The translations under genes and the position numbers were made by a program. From Azolla caroliniana (Eukaryota > Plantae > Polypodiophyta): a stretch of 64,000 nucleotides of DNA. This document shows, one piece after another, positions 23,901 to 35,159 of this stretch (positions within the stretch are counted from its first letter, which is position 1; each line of letters opens with the position of its first letter). The stretch is from assembly GCA_043228905.1 (NCBI GenBank), contig JBHGNT010000010.1, positions 9,610,001 through 9,674,000 on the forward strand, given 5' to 3'. Under the pieces are notes generated by a model. That model had not been told where the DNA came from, did no database searches, and saw nothing but the letters and a program-made list of their open reading frames with translations.

Positions 23901-24978
23901 TTCTCCAAGCTAATTATGTTCATGTTTCTATGATGGAAAATATTTCATGTTCATTATGTTGTTTTGTGAGACTGTTAGTTACTTTGTGAGTGTGAATATG
24001 TTGGTGTTTTCTGATGTTGCAAAGTCTAAAGGGTTTGAATCTATTGCTCCTGAGGCCGATGACAGTGTGGAAATTGTTGATGTTGCTGCATGTTTAGAGG
24101 GCCACATCTTGAAAGTAGATGTAGCAACTAACATAAATGATCTGGTCACGCAAGTTGATCAAGCATGTTGGACAGATGATCTGATTTTGTAGGTAGATGC
24201 AACATGTGATACCAGTGGGCTGATATCGATCAGATCAGTATATACATGCACTGAGCCAATGACTAAGTCAAAAACACAAGAGCACCAAAATGTGAAGCCA
24301 AGCCCAACACAGTCGACCAGGGGTTTGAAAAGGAAAAGGACACCAATTGTGCCGACAGAACCTGAGTTGATTGACCTTGATTGTGCACTACCAGTAATTG
24401 GTGTAACAGAGGCTCAGTTACAGGAATGGAAACCTAAACCATTAGAAGTCAAAAGAAGAGCCTTGATCTTGGAGCTTGATAAAGTCTTGATGAGTGCGCG
24501 ATACATGACACCAAGGAGGGACGCAAATCAATTTCTGGAGTGGGCTGTGCAATATTTTGTTTGTTTATTTGGAGCAAAAAACCACGTACAGATGTGTGTA
24601 GAAAGAGTCTTCCCAAAGTGGCGACAACATTTCAAGGGCCAGTGGACACGAGAGAATTGTCAGTAGAATGATGTTGCAAGATTCAAAAGACTTTTTGATT
24701 TTTGGGACACTTGGCCAGATTATAATGCCGACAATACGTTGATTCTGGATACAGAACATTTCCGACATTACTTCAACATTCGTAGATGTTGTCTCATTCT
24801 ACCTGATGAAATGCCTGAACACTATTTGGTGAAAAAATTGAGCTGCCAACTAGCTACATGGTTCTGGATTCCATACCGAGCTCGGTATGCAGATCATATA
24901 TGTAGAGAAGTTCCACTGACCAGCAAGAGCTTAGCTATTTATAGGAGTTTTGAAGACATTGGCAATGAGATGTTATAA
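20977..24978 (+). pseudogene. Multi-exon cargo gene(s) of the Sola element: unknown N-terminal domain, coiled coil, RING-like finger, NIF/FCP1-like HAD domain
   Basis: CIAC...PCQHTYHIVC (22207-22584); RALILELDKVL..RRDANQFLEW...WTRENCQ..KDF...NTLILD (24450-24980); GT-AG introns (e.g. 22547-23249); several in-frame stops. May be one gene or two. Confidence 0.65.
22570..23235. repeat. Palindromic TAGCTAATTAGCTA satellite (cargo-gene intron)
   Basis: Many copies of the 14-bp palindrome with spacers such as AGTGG and CTACCATAGTTTAGTACAG. Confidence 0.95.
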
Positions 24979-25364
24979 ATATGTAATTTGATGACAGATT
25001 AATCAATGAAGAATTAAATTGCTTGTTTTGAGTAACTTATCTACTGTGTAATTTTAAGAGTATGTTCAGAATTGTTGATTTCATGATAGTGCTTTTTCTT
25101 AAAATTATGCAAACTATTTTAACTTGTACATGGTTCACTTGAGTAAATCTGTATGTCAGAAAGAAGAACCCTAAACGATATTATTAAACTATATATCAGA
25201 AAGAAGACTATATATAAAAATGGCACACAATTTTGTTGAGAAGGAAGCACAAAAAGTAGACTGTATATGAAAAACAAAACTCCCAAACAGGTCCATTAAA
25301 CTGTTTATTTGCAATACATGTGTTTTGTTTGTTTTACAAGAAAACTAGTAATTGCTACTTGTAG

Positions 25365-28300
25365 CTACAAATTCCATGGCATACTGTTGTAAATACATTC
25401 ATACACATTAGCAGTAATTGTGTATAAACCTAAGCAGCTATTGTATTGCGACATTGGGACATTGATGCACCTGACCAAATGAGAGTACATGTACGCCACT
25501 GGTTGGTCTTCTAATACCCTATACACATAATCGTAATCATCTAGTCTTGCATAAAAAATACCTTCGATGTAGAATGTCCCGATAGATACAACATTTTCCC
25601 AAACATCTAATATATTCTGCATTGCACACTATTTACTAACCGTGCACTTCAATATAAAGAAATCAACACCCTCTGAATTGCCTTCTTCCGCATTTAAAGC
25701 GAAATTATCCCCAACATTTAAGACATCACTCAGAGTATCTCCACATCCTTGATATGTGAAGTTAGCATTCTTTTCTGTTTCTCCATCAATTGCTTCCTTA
25801 TCGTTCAATGTATTATACTCCCAATTCTGAATATATGCTTTGTTTAAACAATACCTCCAATTTCCATGCACACAATGGAAGCAAAAACAAGTTAATTCTC
25901 TAACACGCAATACAATGACCACCCAACCTAGAATAACCACGAACAACATGGAGAGATCGCAATTCGGGAATTCCTTGGCACTCCTAGGTCTTCTCCCTAT
26001 TTACTTCATCTATCTTCACTTCCCAAAATTCATGTTTGATATCTCGGACCTGCGAGGAATAAACACCAGTTGCACTCGTTGACATATTATCTCTTAAAAA
26101 TTCAACTACATGTGCTGCACAATTCATCTGCACACCATCTACCTTTAGTTGTTCATGGGTAAGTACCCGTTTTATAACAGCACCTGCACCATCATGTTCA
26201 CCTTTACCATGGTCAGACCCAAAAAATTCCATCTCATCTCCAAACCTATTATAGCAGGAGACCTCCCCACAAAATAAAATGGATGTCTAGCCTTGAATTG
26301 TGGCGCAACTCCATCAGAGCAGACCCAATGTTGAATAAGCTCCAAACATTTAGCTAATAACCATTGCCAATGTAAGTTAAAACAATGTTGGACGAACAAG
26401 ATGTCATGCTTCTTATCATTAGAAATAAAAAGATGAATTACTTTTTTAACCTCACTTGAAACTCGAAAATATGTTATGTGCACAAAAATGGTTACTTGTG
26501 TTGAACACCAATGCATAGATTGAATTTCATTCTATTGCTTGAAAGTATAATTCTCTGCGAAATCTACTACTAAGACTACTACATCATTTGGAAAATTAGA
26601 TATGCAAGTCTTAAACTGATGGGCTTGCCATGAATAAATTAAGTTGTGTTTAATGAACTTTCCTAGAGATACTACAAATAGAGAAGCCAAATCCCTTGGT
26701 TTAAGCGACTTCCTAACTAGATCCTTTCTTTTACACACCTTTCCTTCGAAATTGGTGTCAACTGACTCAAATAACTTGACAGAGATTAGTATTTCACTAC
26801 TCAATTCATTTGGACACCACCTAAATCTACTAGGGCCACAATCTTGACATAAACCCATGACACATTTATGACTGTGGAAGATGGCCTCAGCTTCTGTCGG
26901 ACATAATACTGAATCTAAAAGACAACTCATGGAAGAGATAACATGCTCAGATGATTTACAGTGCTCATGCGGGCTTAAGCGACAAATTGGGCACACACAA
27001 GTGCAAACTGCATTTGTTAGGGAGGCGCTATGGTGACATAGTAGATTAACAGAGTCCTAGAGAAAACCCATTTGTACATGGTAAATGCAACAACATGTGT
27101 ATCGATCCTTCAAGCATCTCACAAAGTGTGGCTTAAGAGACTTGAATTTTCGTAGTTGAACTTTGATACTTGGATGCATTCACCTGAACCTAATAAATAA
27201 ATCGACCTACGTAATAAAATGGACATACTGATTAGCTCTATGGCTAAGTGGTAGCTAATTAGTTACTACCATAGTTTAGTATAGTAGCTAATTAGCTAAG
27301 TGGTAGCTAATTAAATACTATCATACTTTAGTTGAGTAGCTAATTAGCTACTATCATAGTTCAGTACAGTAGCTAATTAGCTAAGTGGTAGCTAATTAGC
27401 TACTACCATAGTTTAGTACAGTAGCTAATTAGCTAACTAGTAGGTAAATAGCTACTAGCATACTTCAGCTGAGTAACTAATTAGCTAAGTGGGAGCTAAT
27501 TAGCTACAACCATACTTTAGCTGAGTAGCTAATTAGCTACCAATTAGCTAATTAGCGACTACCATACTTTAGTTATAGTGGCTAATTAGCTACTACCATA
27601 CTTTATCTTAGTCGCTAATTATCTAATTGGTAGCGAATTAACTACTATCATACTTCAGTTGAGTAGCTAATTAGCTAAGTTGTAGCTAATTAGCTACGAC
27701 CATATTTTAGCTAAGTAGTTAATTAGCTAACTTGTAGCTAATTAGCTACTACCATAGTTCAGTTGAGTAGCTAATTAACTAAGTGGTAGCTAATTATCTA
27801 CTACCATACTTTAGTTATAGTGGTTAATTAGCTACTACTATACTGTAGCTGAGTCGCTAATTAGCTAACTGGTAGCTAATTAGCTTCTACCATACTTCAA
27901 CTGAGTAGCTAATTAGCTACTACCATACTTTAGCCAATTTTGGTTGCTAATTAGCTATTGTTATAGGTAGCTAATTAGGTATTGTGGTAGCTAAATAGCT
28001 ATGAATGGTAGCTAATTAGTTATTCTGGTAGCTAAATAGCTATGTTCGATATACTTAGGAACTAATTAGTTATTACTTGTAGCTAGTTAGCTATGGGCAT
28101 ATTCTGAGGTAGGTAATTAGCTATTCGGGTATGGTCATATTCAGAGGTAGCTAATAAGCTAACTAACTAAGCTCAAAAGTCAAAACAAATGTTGAGATAA
28201 ATGTAAATACCTGAGATACATCAAGAAGATGAATGGGATGCTCCTCGTATTGACTCCTTCCAACACGTTTCCTGCATAAATCCTTCTTATGGGGTGAAAC

Positions 28301-28967
28301 CCTACTCTCATTAGTCCAAAATATTGTGATTATATCCTTGATTTCTAATGTTATGGGTGGCATTGGCTTACATCTTGTTGTTAGCTTTAGCAGACTAGTT
28401 CCTTCACCCGAAGAAACTATTTGGTTCAATGCATAGTACACACTTTTTCTACTAACACCAATTACCTTAGATAACACACTGATGTTAATATCGTCAACAT
28501 CACTATTAAGTAACATCATTAGACTAGACCTTTTTAAGACAAGAGCATTTTCTTACCTGCTCATGGATTTGAAACTATTACGTAGATTATTTACTAGTAT
28601 AGATGTTATGTTTGCATTAAGACCATCACAATCAACTAACTCCTTTATCGATGGATCATTTAATATTCCACAAAGTTCTACCTTCTTGTATTCATTGTTG
28701 ATGTGCTTGGTTTGAACATTGAAATAGTCTACAACCTTTCTCTCTATGATAGTAGTCTCATTACTTCCATTCTCAATGATATTTAGACCTATATCCCAAC
28801 CAATATTATCTTTACCTTTAGTGAGTGTGGCTTTCGTATTCTCAACAATTGACGATGTTTTTTTTTTCTACCCAATACTTTCGTATCACTTGTTGTGTTC
28901 TGATAGCGTCATCCCTATGCGGATGATCATTGAGGGGTAATTCTAAACACCCTCCTTCCCCTTCCAT
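25365..28967 (-). pseudogene. Sola2-like DDD transposase, disrupted, with intron 27207-28210
   Basis: Exon join LDVSQ|VDLFIRFR*MHPSIKVQLRKFKSLKPHFV..CCCIYH; then C..G.C..C, VVDFAENY..KQ..IQSMHW..QVTIFVH, KKHD, SDG..QFK, FFGSDHGKGEHDGAG, and C-terminal CFC..C...C. Confidence 0.85.
27230..28165. repeat. Palindromic TAGCTAATTAGCTA satellite (transposase intron)
   Basis: Same unit as 22570-23235; short copies also lie just inside both TIRs (20719-20770, 30389-30422). Confidence 0.95.
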
Positions 28968-29124
28968 TTGGCTTGACGGGTTTAAACCCTAATTTTCCCG
29001 AAAAAAAGACATGTATTAAAGATGGCTATGGGCAACAACTATACACAAAAATATTCCGCAATACACAAGATTATACACAACAATACACAAGATAATCAAT
29101 AGACAGAATAGTTATTCAAATCCA

Positions 29125-30140
29125 AGACCGAACAATGGTGGTAATCTAGGGCCGAATAGGGGCGGTAATTGAGTGTAGAATGGCGGTAGTGGAGGAGTGA
29201 ACTCCGTTTGATCAAATAGTTTTGACAATCCAGGACCGAACAATGGCGGCAACTGAGTGTAGAACGATGGCAGTGGAGGAGTGAATTCCATCGGATCGAA
29301 CAATGGCAAATGGTGCTTGGAACGCACAGTGATGACAACTGAGAGTAGAATGGCAGCAGTGGAGAAGGAGTGAACTCCTTCGGATCGAAAAGTGGCAGCA
29401 ATACACAACCAAACAGTAGCGGCAACTAAGTGTAGAATGATGGCAATGGATGAGTGAACTCCGTCAAATCGAAAAGTGGTAGCAATACAAGACCGAACAA
29501 TAGCGGGAACTAAGTGTAGAATGATGGCAATGGAGGAGTGAACTCCGTTAGATCGAACAGTGGCAGATGATGCTTGGAACGCACAATGACGACAACTAAG
29601 AGTACAATGGCGGCAGTGGAGAAGGAGTGAACTCCCTCAGATCGAAAAGTGCCAGCAATACACGACCGAACAGTAGCGGCAACTAAGTGTAGAATGATGG
29701 CAATGGATGACTGAGCTCCGTCAAATCGAAAAGTGGCAGCAATCCAGGATCGGTCACCGAATAGTAGCAGCAACTGAGTGTAGAATGATGGCAATGGAGG
29801 AGTGAACTCTATCAGATCGAACAGTGGCAGATGATGCTTGGAACGCACAATGATGGCAATTGAGAGTAGAATGGCGGCAGTGGAGAAGGAGTTAACTCTG
29901 TCGGATCGAAAAGTGGCAACAATATACGACCTTCACAATAGCGGCTATTGAGTGTACAATGGCGGCAATGGAGGAGTGAACTTGACAGATGATGCTTGGA
30001 CTGAACAATGGCGACAACTGAGTGCAGAATGGCGGCAATGGAGGAGTGAACTCCGTCGGATCGAACAGTGGCAAATGATACTTGGACCACATAGTGCCAG
30101 TAACTGAGTGTAGAATGGCAGCAATGGAGGAATGGACTCA
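29125..30140. repeat. Complex tandem array, ~60-70-bp monomers in ~260-bp higher-order units
   Basis: Recurrent CTGAGTGTAGAATGGCGGCAATGGAGGAGTGAACTCCGTCGGATCGAA; TTGGAACGCAC marker at ~29317, ~29574 and ~29839. Confidence 0.9.
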
Positions 30141-31097
30141 ATAGGGTTTAGCAACAGTGGTAGTAATCTAAGCTGGAATACTCAACCAAAGATGGCCCAC
30201 GTGATGTGGCAAAGGATCATGCATAATGGACCTAGGAATTCGGTATAGAATTTATGGTGCACATATCAATTTATGTTGCACGTTTATGTTGCACATTTAT
30301 GGAGCTCATTTATATAATTAAAACTCTCTACTACTTTCAATGGTAGCTTTTTGCAAAAATGACTATTTATCAATGGTAGCTTTTTGCATAGCTAATTAGC
30401 TATGTCAAGGACATAGCTAATTGTTTCCACTCCCATGCTTTCACCCGTATATAGAATGCATAGTACACAATATTTAACGTGGAAACTCTAAACAAGGGAA
30501 ACCATGGGCAATAGAGAATCACTATCTAGCAGAAATATACAAGGAGAGAACAGATTACAACACTCTGTTACGAGTGTATCGACCACGCAGGGTTCTTGCC
30601 GTCTAGTCACCTACAGCTATGGCGCTGCTCACGCACGCTCTCATGCATCGCTCTCTTACTCCTCTGTTACACGTAGTACAAAAGCTCTTAGTTATGTTCT
30701 GCACTCTAGTACACTTATGTTTGATTGAGGTGTATTTATACTTATACACAATATGGGCTATTTACAAATATAACCTATTATTATTATTAATATTATTATT
30801 ATCTATTCATAATAATAAACTCAGTTGATCAGCCGACTAATCGACTCCTATGTCGATTTTCCAGTCGGCCTGACTACACAACTCCTGCATCGGTGATCCA
30901 GTCGACCCAACTAGTTGACCTTACCTTCTATATGGATCATCTATCCAACATTGTCGATTCTCCACATCGACTCTCTCTTATCTTCGATTGTTGGCTCTTC
31001 CTTGGCCCAATTAGTGAGTTATTCCTTGTCTTCGACTGTCTGCTCTTCTTTAGCCTGACCAGTCGGCTCCTCCCATAGGACTGACATATTTCTAACA

Positions 31098-34000
31098 TTA
31101 TCAAGGTGTGGGGTCACGATAGGCCGGACATCAGGCTGAAACCCCACACTTGCACATTAGGTAGGAAAATTTGGCTCTCCAATAATGGAGGATGTACAGT
31201 AACCGACATCAGCGGCCAGGAAAGAGGGCAGGTTGAGGGCGTCTAAAGGCATGTAGAGCCATAGGCTCCGACAACTTAATCAACGGCTCCGTGGAGGCGG
31301 TCTTGTTCGACAACACTCTTGATCGAGGGAGACTAAGCAAAGACTAGATGATTCCTGTCAGTTCTATTCACATGTATGAGGTCATTGAGGAGTACGGTCG
31401 GACAGTCAGAGCGGGGAGGACCGCCCACGTTAGCACCAAGTACAAGATTGTGGATTGGAAGGTGAGGCCATATTGGGTGCGTCAACTAGACCATTGTTGA
31501 ACTGATGGTGATATTCACGGTACCACATGTCCTGTGGATTCTTAAACCGATTCCAATACCGAGAGCTCACATTCGGAATCTGATGGAGCTACTCAAGGAG
31601 AAGATTGAGATGGGTATCCTCGAACCATCAAGTGCCCCATATTAGAACCGGTGTTTCACAATGCGAAAGAGGAACGAGATGTTGTGCTTCATACATGACT
31701 TGCAACTAGTCAATAAAGTGACAATCCGGAATGTCGGGGTCGGCCCAACCATCAATGAGTTCGCGGAGGCCTTCGCTGGAAGGTCGATCTACGTGGTCGG
31801 GCATTTGTACTCGGGGTATGACTAGTTCCAACTAACCGTCGAAAGCAAGGACATCACGACGATGTGAACCCCTCTCGGCTTAGTTCGGATGTGTACCCTG
31901 CCACAAGGAGGAACGAATTCGGTAATGCACATGGTAAATGTGATGACTAAGGTATTGAGGGATTGCATCCCAGACATCACCATGCCGTTCTTGGACGACA
32001 TCCCAATAAAGGGGTGTCCGGAGGATCAAAAGGGCGAGTCGGTCGGCGAAGACGGGTGTCACAAGTTCGTGGTTGACCACATTGCTGACTGCGAAAAGAT
32101 ACTACAGAGGTTGGAAAGCGCATCACTTACCTTCTCAGGAGAGAAATCGACATTCGAACAGTTAGAGATTTTGGTGGTCGGTCACCTATGTGGACCCTAT
32201 GGTCAAAAACCATCTCCGACTAAGGTAGAGGCCATCGCAACGATGAAGGGGGAATGTCGGTCAACCACGGAGATCTGACGGTTCCTAGGGGCATGTGCCA
32301 TCTACCACATTTGGATTCCCCACTACGCGTATATTGTCGAGCAACTCTACAGCTTATTGAAGAAGGGCCAGAAATTCGAATGGGGCGAAGAGCACTCAGA
32401 GGCGATGAAAAGATTGAAGGGAATGTTGACGGTTGCCCCAACACTCCGAAAGGCAGTCTATGGAAAGGAGTCCCCGATTTACGTGACGGTCGACACGAGT
32501 CTGACCGGATTCAGGGCAAATGTTCAGGGCAAATGTATTGAGTGAGCGATAGCGAGTATACGCCTAAGTCAAGCGAGAACTATGGGGTATCGTTCGACGG
32601 TAAAGGCTGATAAGGATTATCTTATCGGGATGGAGGTGATTATCGAGATAGACTATCTCCTAATTCTTGGGATGATATCTGGATACGCAACTTTGGATCT
32701 GGTTATGCTTTGATGGATTGCGTACGTTACGTCCCTGATTCCAGAAATTCGACACATTTCCGAAAAGGACAATACCATGACCAACATGTTGTCAAGAGCA
32801 TGGTTCAAAGGAGAAGACGACATGGTATCGGAAGATGAAGGAGTCGGCATAGACTTCTTCGAGTTGGCTCGACTGTCAGCACACGGGCAAAGCACTTCGA
32901 CCTTGCATGCGTTTAACGAAGATGACTACGAAGGGGAGTGACTTCTGATCGGAAGGTTTTTGAGCACAATGGCGACAGATGCGGCGTGGACAAAGGAAGA
33001 GGCAAGTTGAATCCGGCGGAAGGCATACAAGTGCTTCGTACGAGATGGGGTAATTTGGTGGCATCGGGAGAAGTGGAACGGAACGCCACTCCGGGTGGTG
33101 ACATTGAAAGAGGACCAATCGGTGCTGATAGCCGAGTTTCATGAAAGTCCTTGGTTCTGACATCAGGGGACATGGGCTACATTTAAGAAGGTCAAGGGGA
33201 GGTTTTTGGTGGTTGGGAATGTACAAGGACGTGCCCTACTTTGTGATGACATGTAAGAGTTGTCAGGTTCATTCTAGGATCTAACACCGCGACGAATTAC
33301 ATGTCACCTACCCACTAGCCATTCACATCAAGTGGATGGTCGACTTAGTGACAATGTTGATGGGGGTACGGCATATGAGGTACCTGGTGCTGGCAAGGGA
33401 GGATCTAACAAACAAAATGGAAGGACGAGCCTTGACGAACAAGATGACTATGGTAGCGTGCAAGTTCCTGATCGAGGATGTCCTCTATCGAGACAAATGC
33501 ATCGGGAAGATTGTAGCCGACCGAGGAGAGCTAGACACACACGAAACTATGGAACTGTTCGACTGACTAGTGGTCAAGCTCTCCCTTAGAACGACGTACA
33601 ATCCGGAGGCAAATGGGAAGGTTGAGCGCGGGCATGGACCGATTGTGAAGGCGATCGTGAGAACATGCAACGGATGGGTCGGAAATTGGTCATGACTACT
33701 ACCGTCTGCGTTGTGGGCAGACTGAACTACACACAGTTTGGTAACAGGGTATATGCCGTCAGAGGTCATGTTCGGACAAAAGTTTATCATGTTGGTGGAG
33801 AGGGCCATTACGTCATGGATGGTGGTCAATATAATGGACAAGATGAGCCGGGAAGAGTTGTTGGTTGCGCAGATTCGACAACTCGAGAGGCGACCGGAGG
33901 ACGTGGAGCGAGCTAGGGCGAAAGTACAAGAGGCACGATTGAAGAACAAGGAACAATTTGATCGGTTGCACCGACTACGACCGAGGAAGGTAGAACAAGG

Positions 34001-35159
34001 CAATTGGGTGCTAGTCTACGACAATAGCCTCGAGAACCAACACCGGTCGATACGAAAGTTCGCAAATAGGTGGTTTGGGTTGTATGTGGTAACGAGTGCC
34101 AAGGACAATGCCACGTACCACCTTGCAGAGCTTGACGGGACAAGGATAGTTGTGCCAGTTGTGGGGACACGGATCAAAATCTTCAAGAAGCAACAAGAGG
34201 TGGAATCAGATCCAGAGGTGGAGTCGTAGGATGAAGGGAAGGACGATGAACCGGATGAAGACTGAATTGGCGATGGATTGGAGGACGAGTGAGAATCGAT
34301 CCGGAATTCTCCACGGTAGCACTAATTGGCACATACTAGAGGATGGGCGGTTTGGTGGGGGTGGATGTCGTGGAGGATTTCGGTCACTAGGAGAAAGATG
34401 TATCGGTTGCGTGAGAACACGGGGTGTGCAAGTATGCACATGAACTCGGCCCAATGTACAAGGAAATGTAAATAACACAGTATTAATAAGTAAAAGGTAG
34501 GAGTATTTAATAAGGTACTTTATGATCCCACAAAATGAGGGGAAATAATAGTGTAAAATGAGGGGAATAATAGTGTGTGATAGGAGGAAATTGTGGAGGG
34601 ATCACTGAAAGTAAACGACAGTAATAACAGCTTGATGTAATGTCGACCCTCCTTCTCCATCGAACTATAAAAGGGAGGGAAGGTGTCTATTTAGGGGTTC
34701 GGTCATTTCGGAGGGGAAGGTGCTGCCTAATTGGGAAGTGAAGTGCTATAGGTTTTCTGTTCTAGCCGACAAGAGGCTCACTAGTCCGTGTGTGTTCGCC
34801 GAGCTCGAAGTGTTGCTAACCGGCTGGAGGCCATCTCTTGTATTCTCTCTCTGTCTATAATTGATTGCTGAGTTTTGCTATGTCCAAGGTGCTTTCTGTT
34901 GTTCTCCCTTTTGAGTTAATAATCGACCCCTTGTCTCTATAACCGGAAAGCCATCGTCTTTCCCTCCTCTGTTCTGCGCTTACCTAACTGAGTTTGTGAG
35001 CCAGTGAGCTCATCTTCCGGAATCCGGTGACAGGGCTGGATCAGATACCGTTCTATGAGCCCGTGTGCTCAACAAAGGACTCCGGCAATCAGGCCTCCTT
35101 GGACCGAGACCCCAGTGGTCCCGCCCAAGCCGACCCGCAAGGCGCGGACTTCCGCGACA
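31098..35159 (+). mobile_element. Ty3/gypsy element D, degraded pol with PPT and 3' LTR
   Basis: HLYSGYD, MCTLPQGGTNS, PFLDDIPIKG (RT); VTVDTS (RNase H); REDLTNKMEGRAL, ADRGEL, YNPEANGKVERGH (integrase); purine-rich tract before 34366. Interrupted at 31097 by copia C3. Confidence 0.92.
34366..35159 (+). repeat. 3' LTR of gypsy D (794 bp)
   Basis: TGTCG...CGACA termini, CTATAAAAG at ~34665. Confidence 0.88.

Larger units (their letters stand above)
20688..30446 (-). mobile_element. Sola2-type DNA transposon, 9759 bp, with cargo gene
   Basis: 25-bp TIRs GGGTGAAAGCATG(C/G)GAGTGGAAACA (20688-20712; 30422-30446), 4-bp TSD GTAT on both sides, GRG termini, transposase motifs DFAENY / SDG..QFK / HGKGEHDGAGAVIKR. 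Confidence 0.85.
19867..31097 (-). mobile_element. Ty1/copia element C3 (C1 family): gag 19867-20538, PBS array, 5' LTR split by the Sola insertion (~20633-20687 + 30447-31097)
   Basis: Gag closely similar to C1 gag; LTR starts TGTTAGAAATATGTC at 31097 and shares the ACGTGGAAAC..AAAC..GGGAAACCA block with the C1 LTR. Confidence 0.88.

Noticed and set aside
22570-28165. Palindromic repeat/spacer pattern as a CRISPR array
   Set aside because: The repeat is only 14 bp, the spacers are themselves repeated, there are no cas genes, and the context is eukaryotic introns.
20686-30448. Tc1/mariner assignment from an apparent TA duplication
   Set aside because: A longer exact GTAT duplication with GGG termini fits better, and the transposase lacks DD34E/D motifs.
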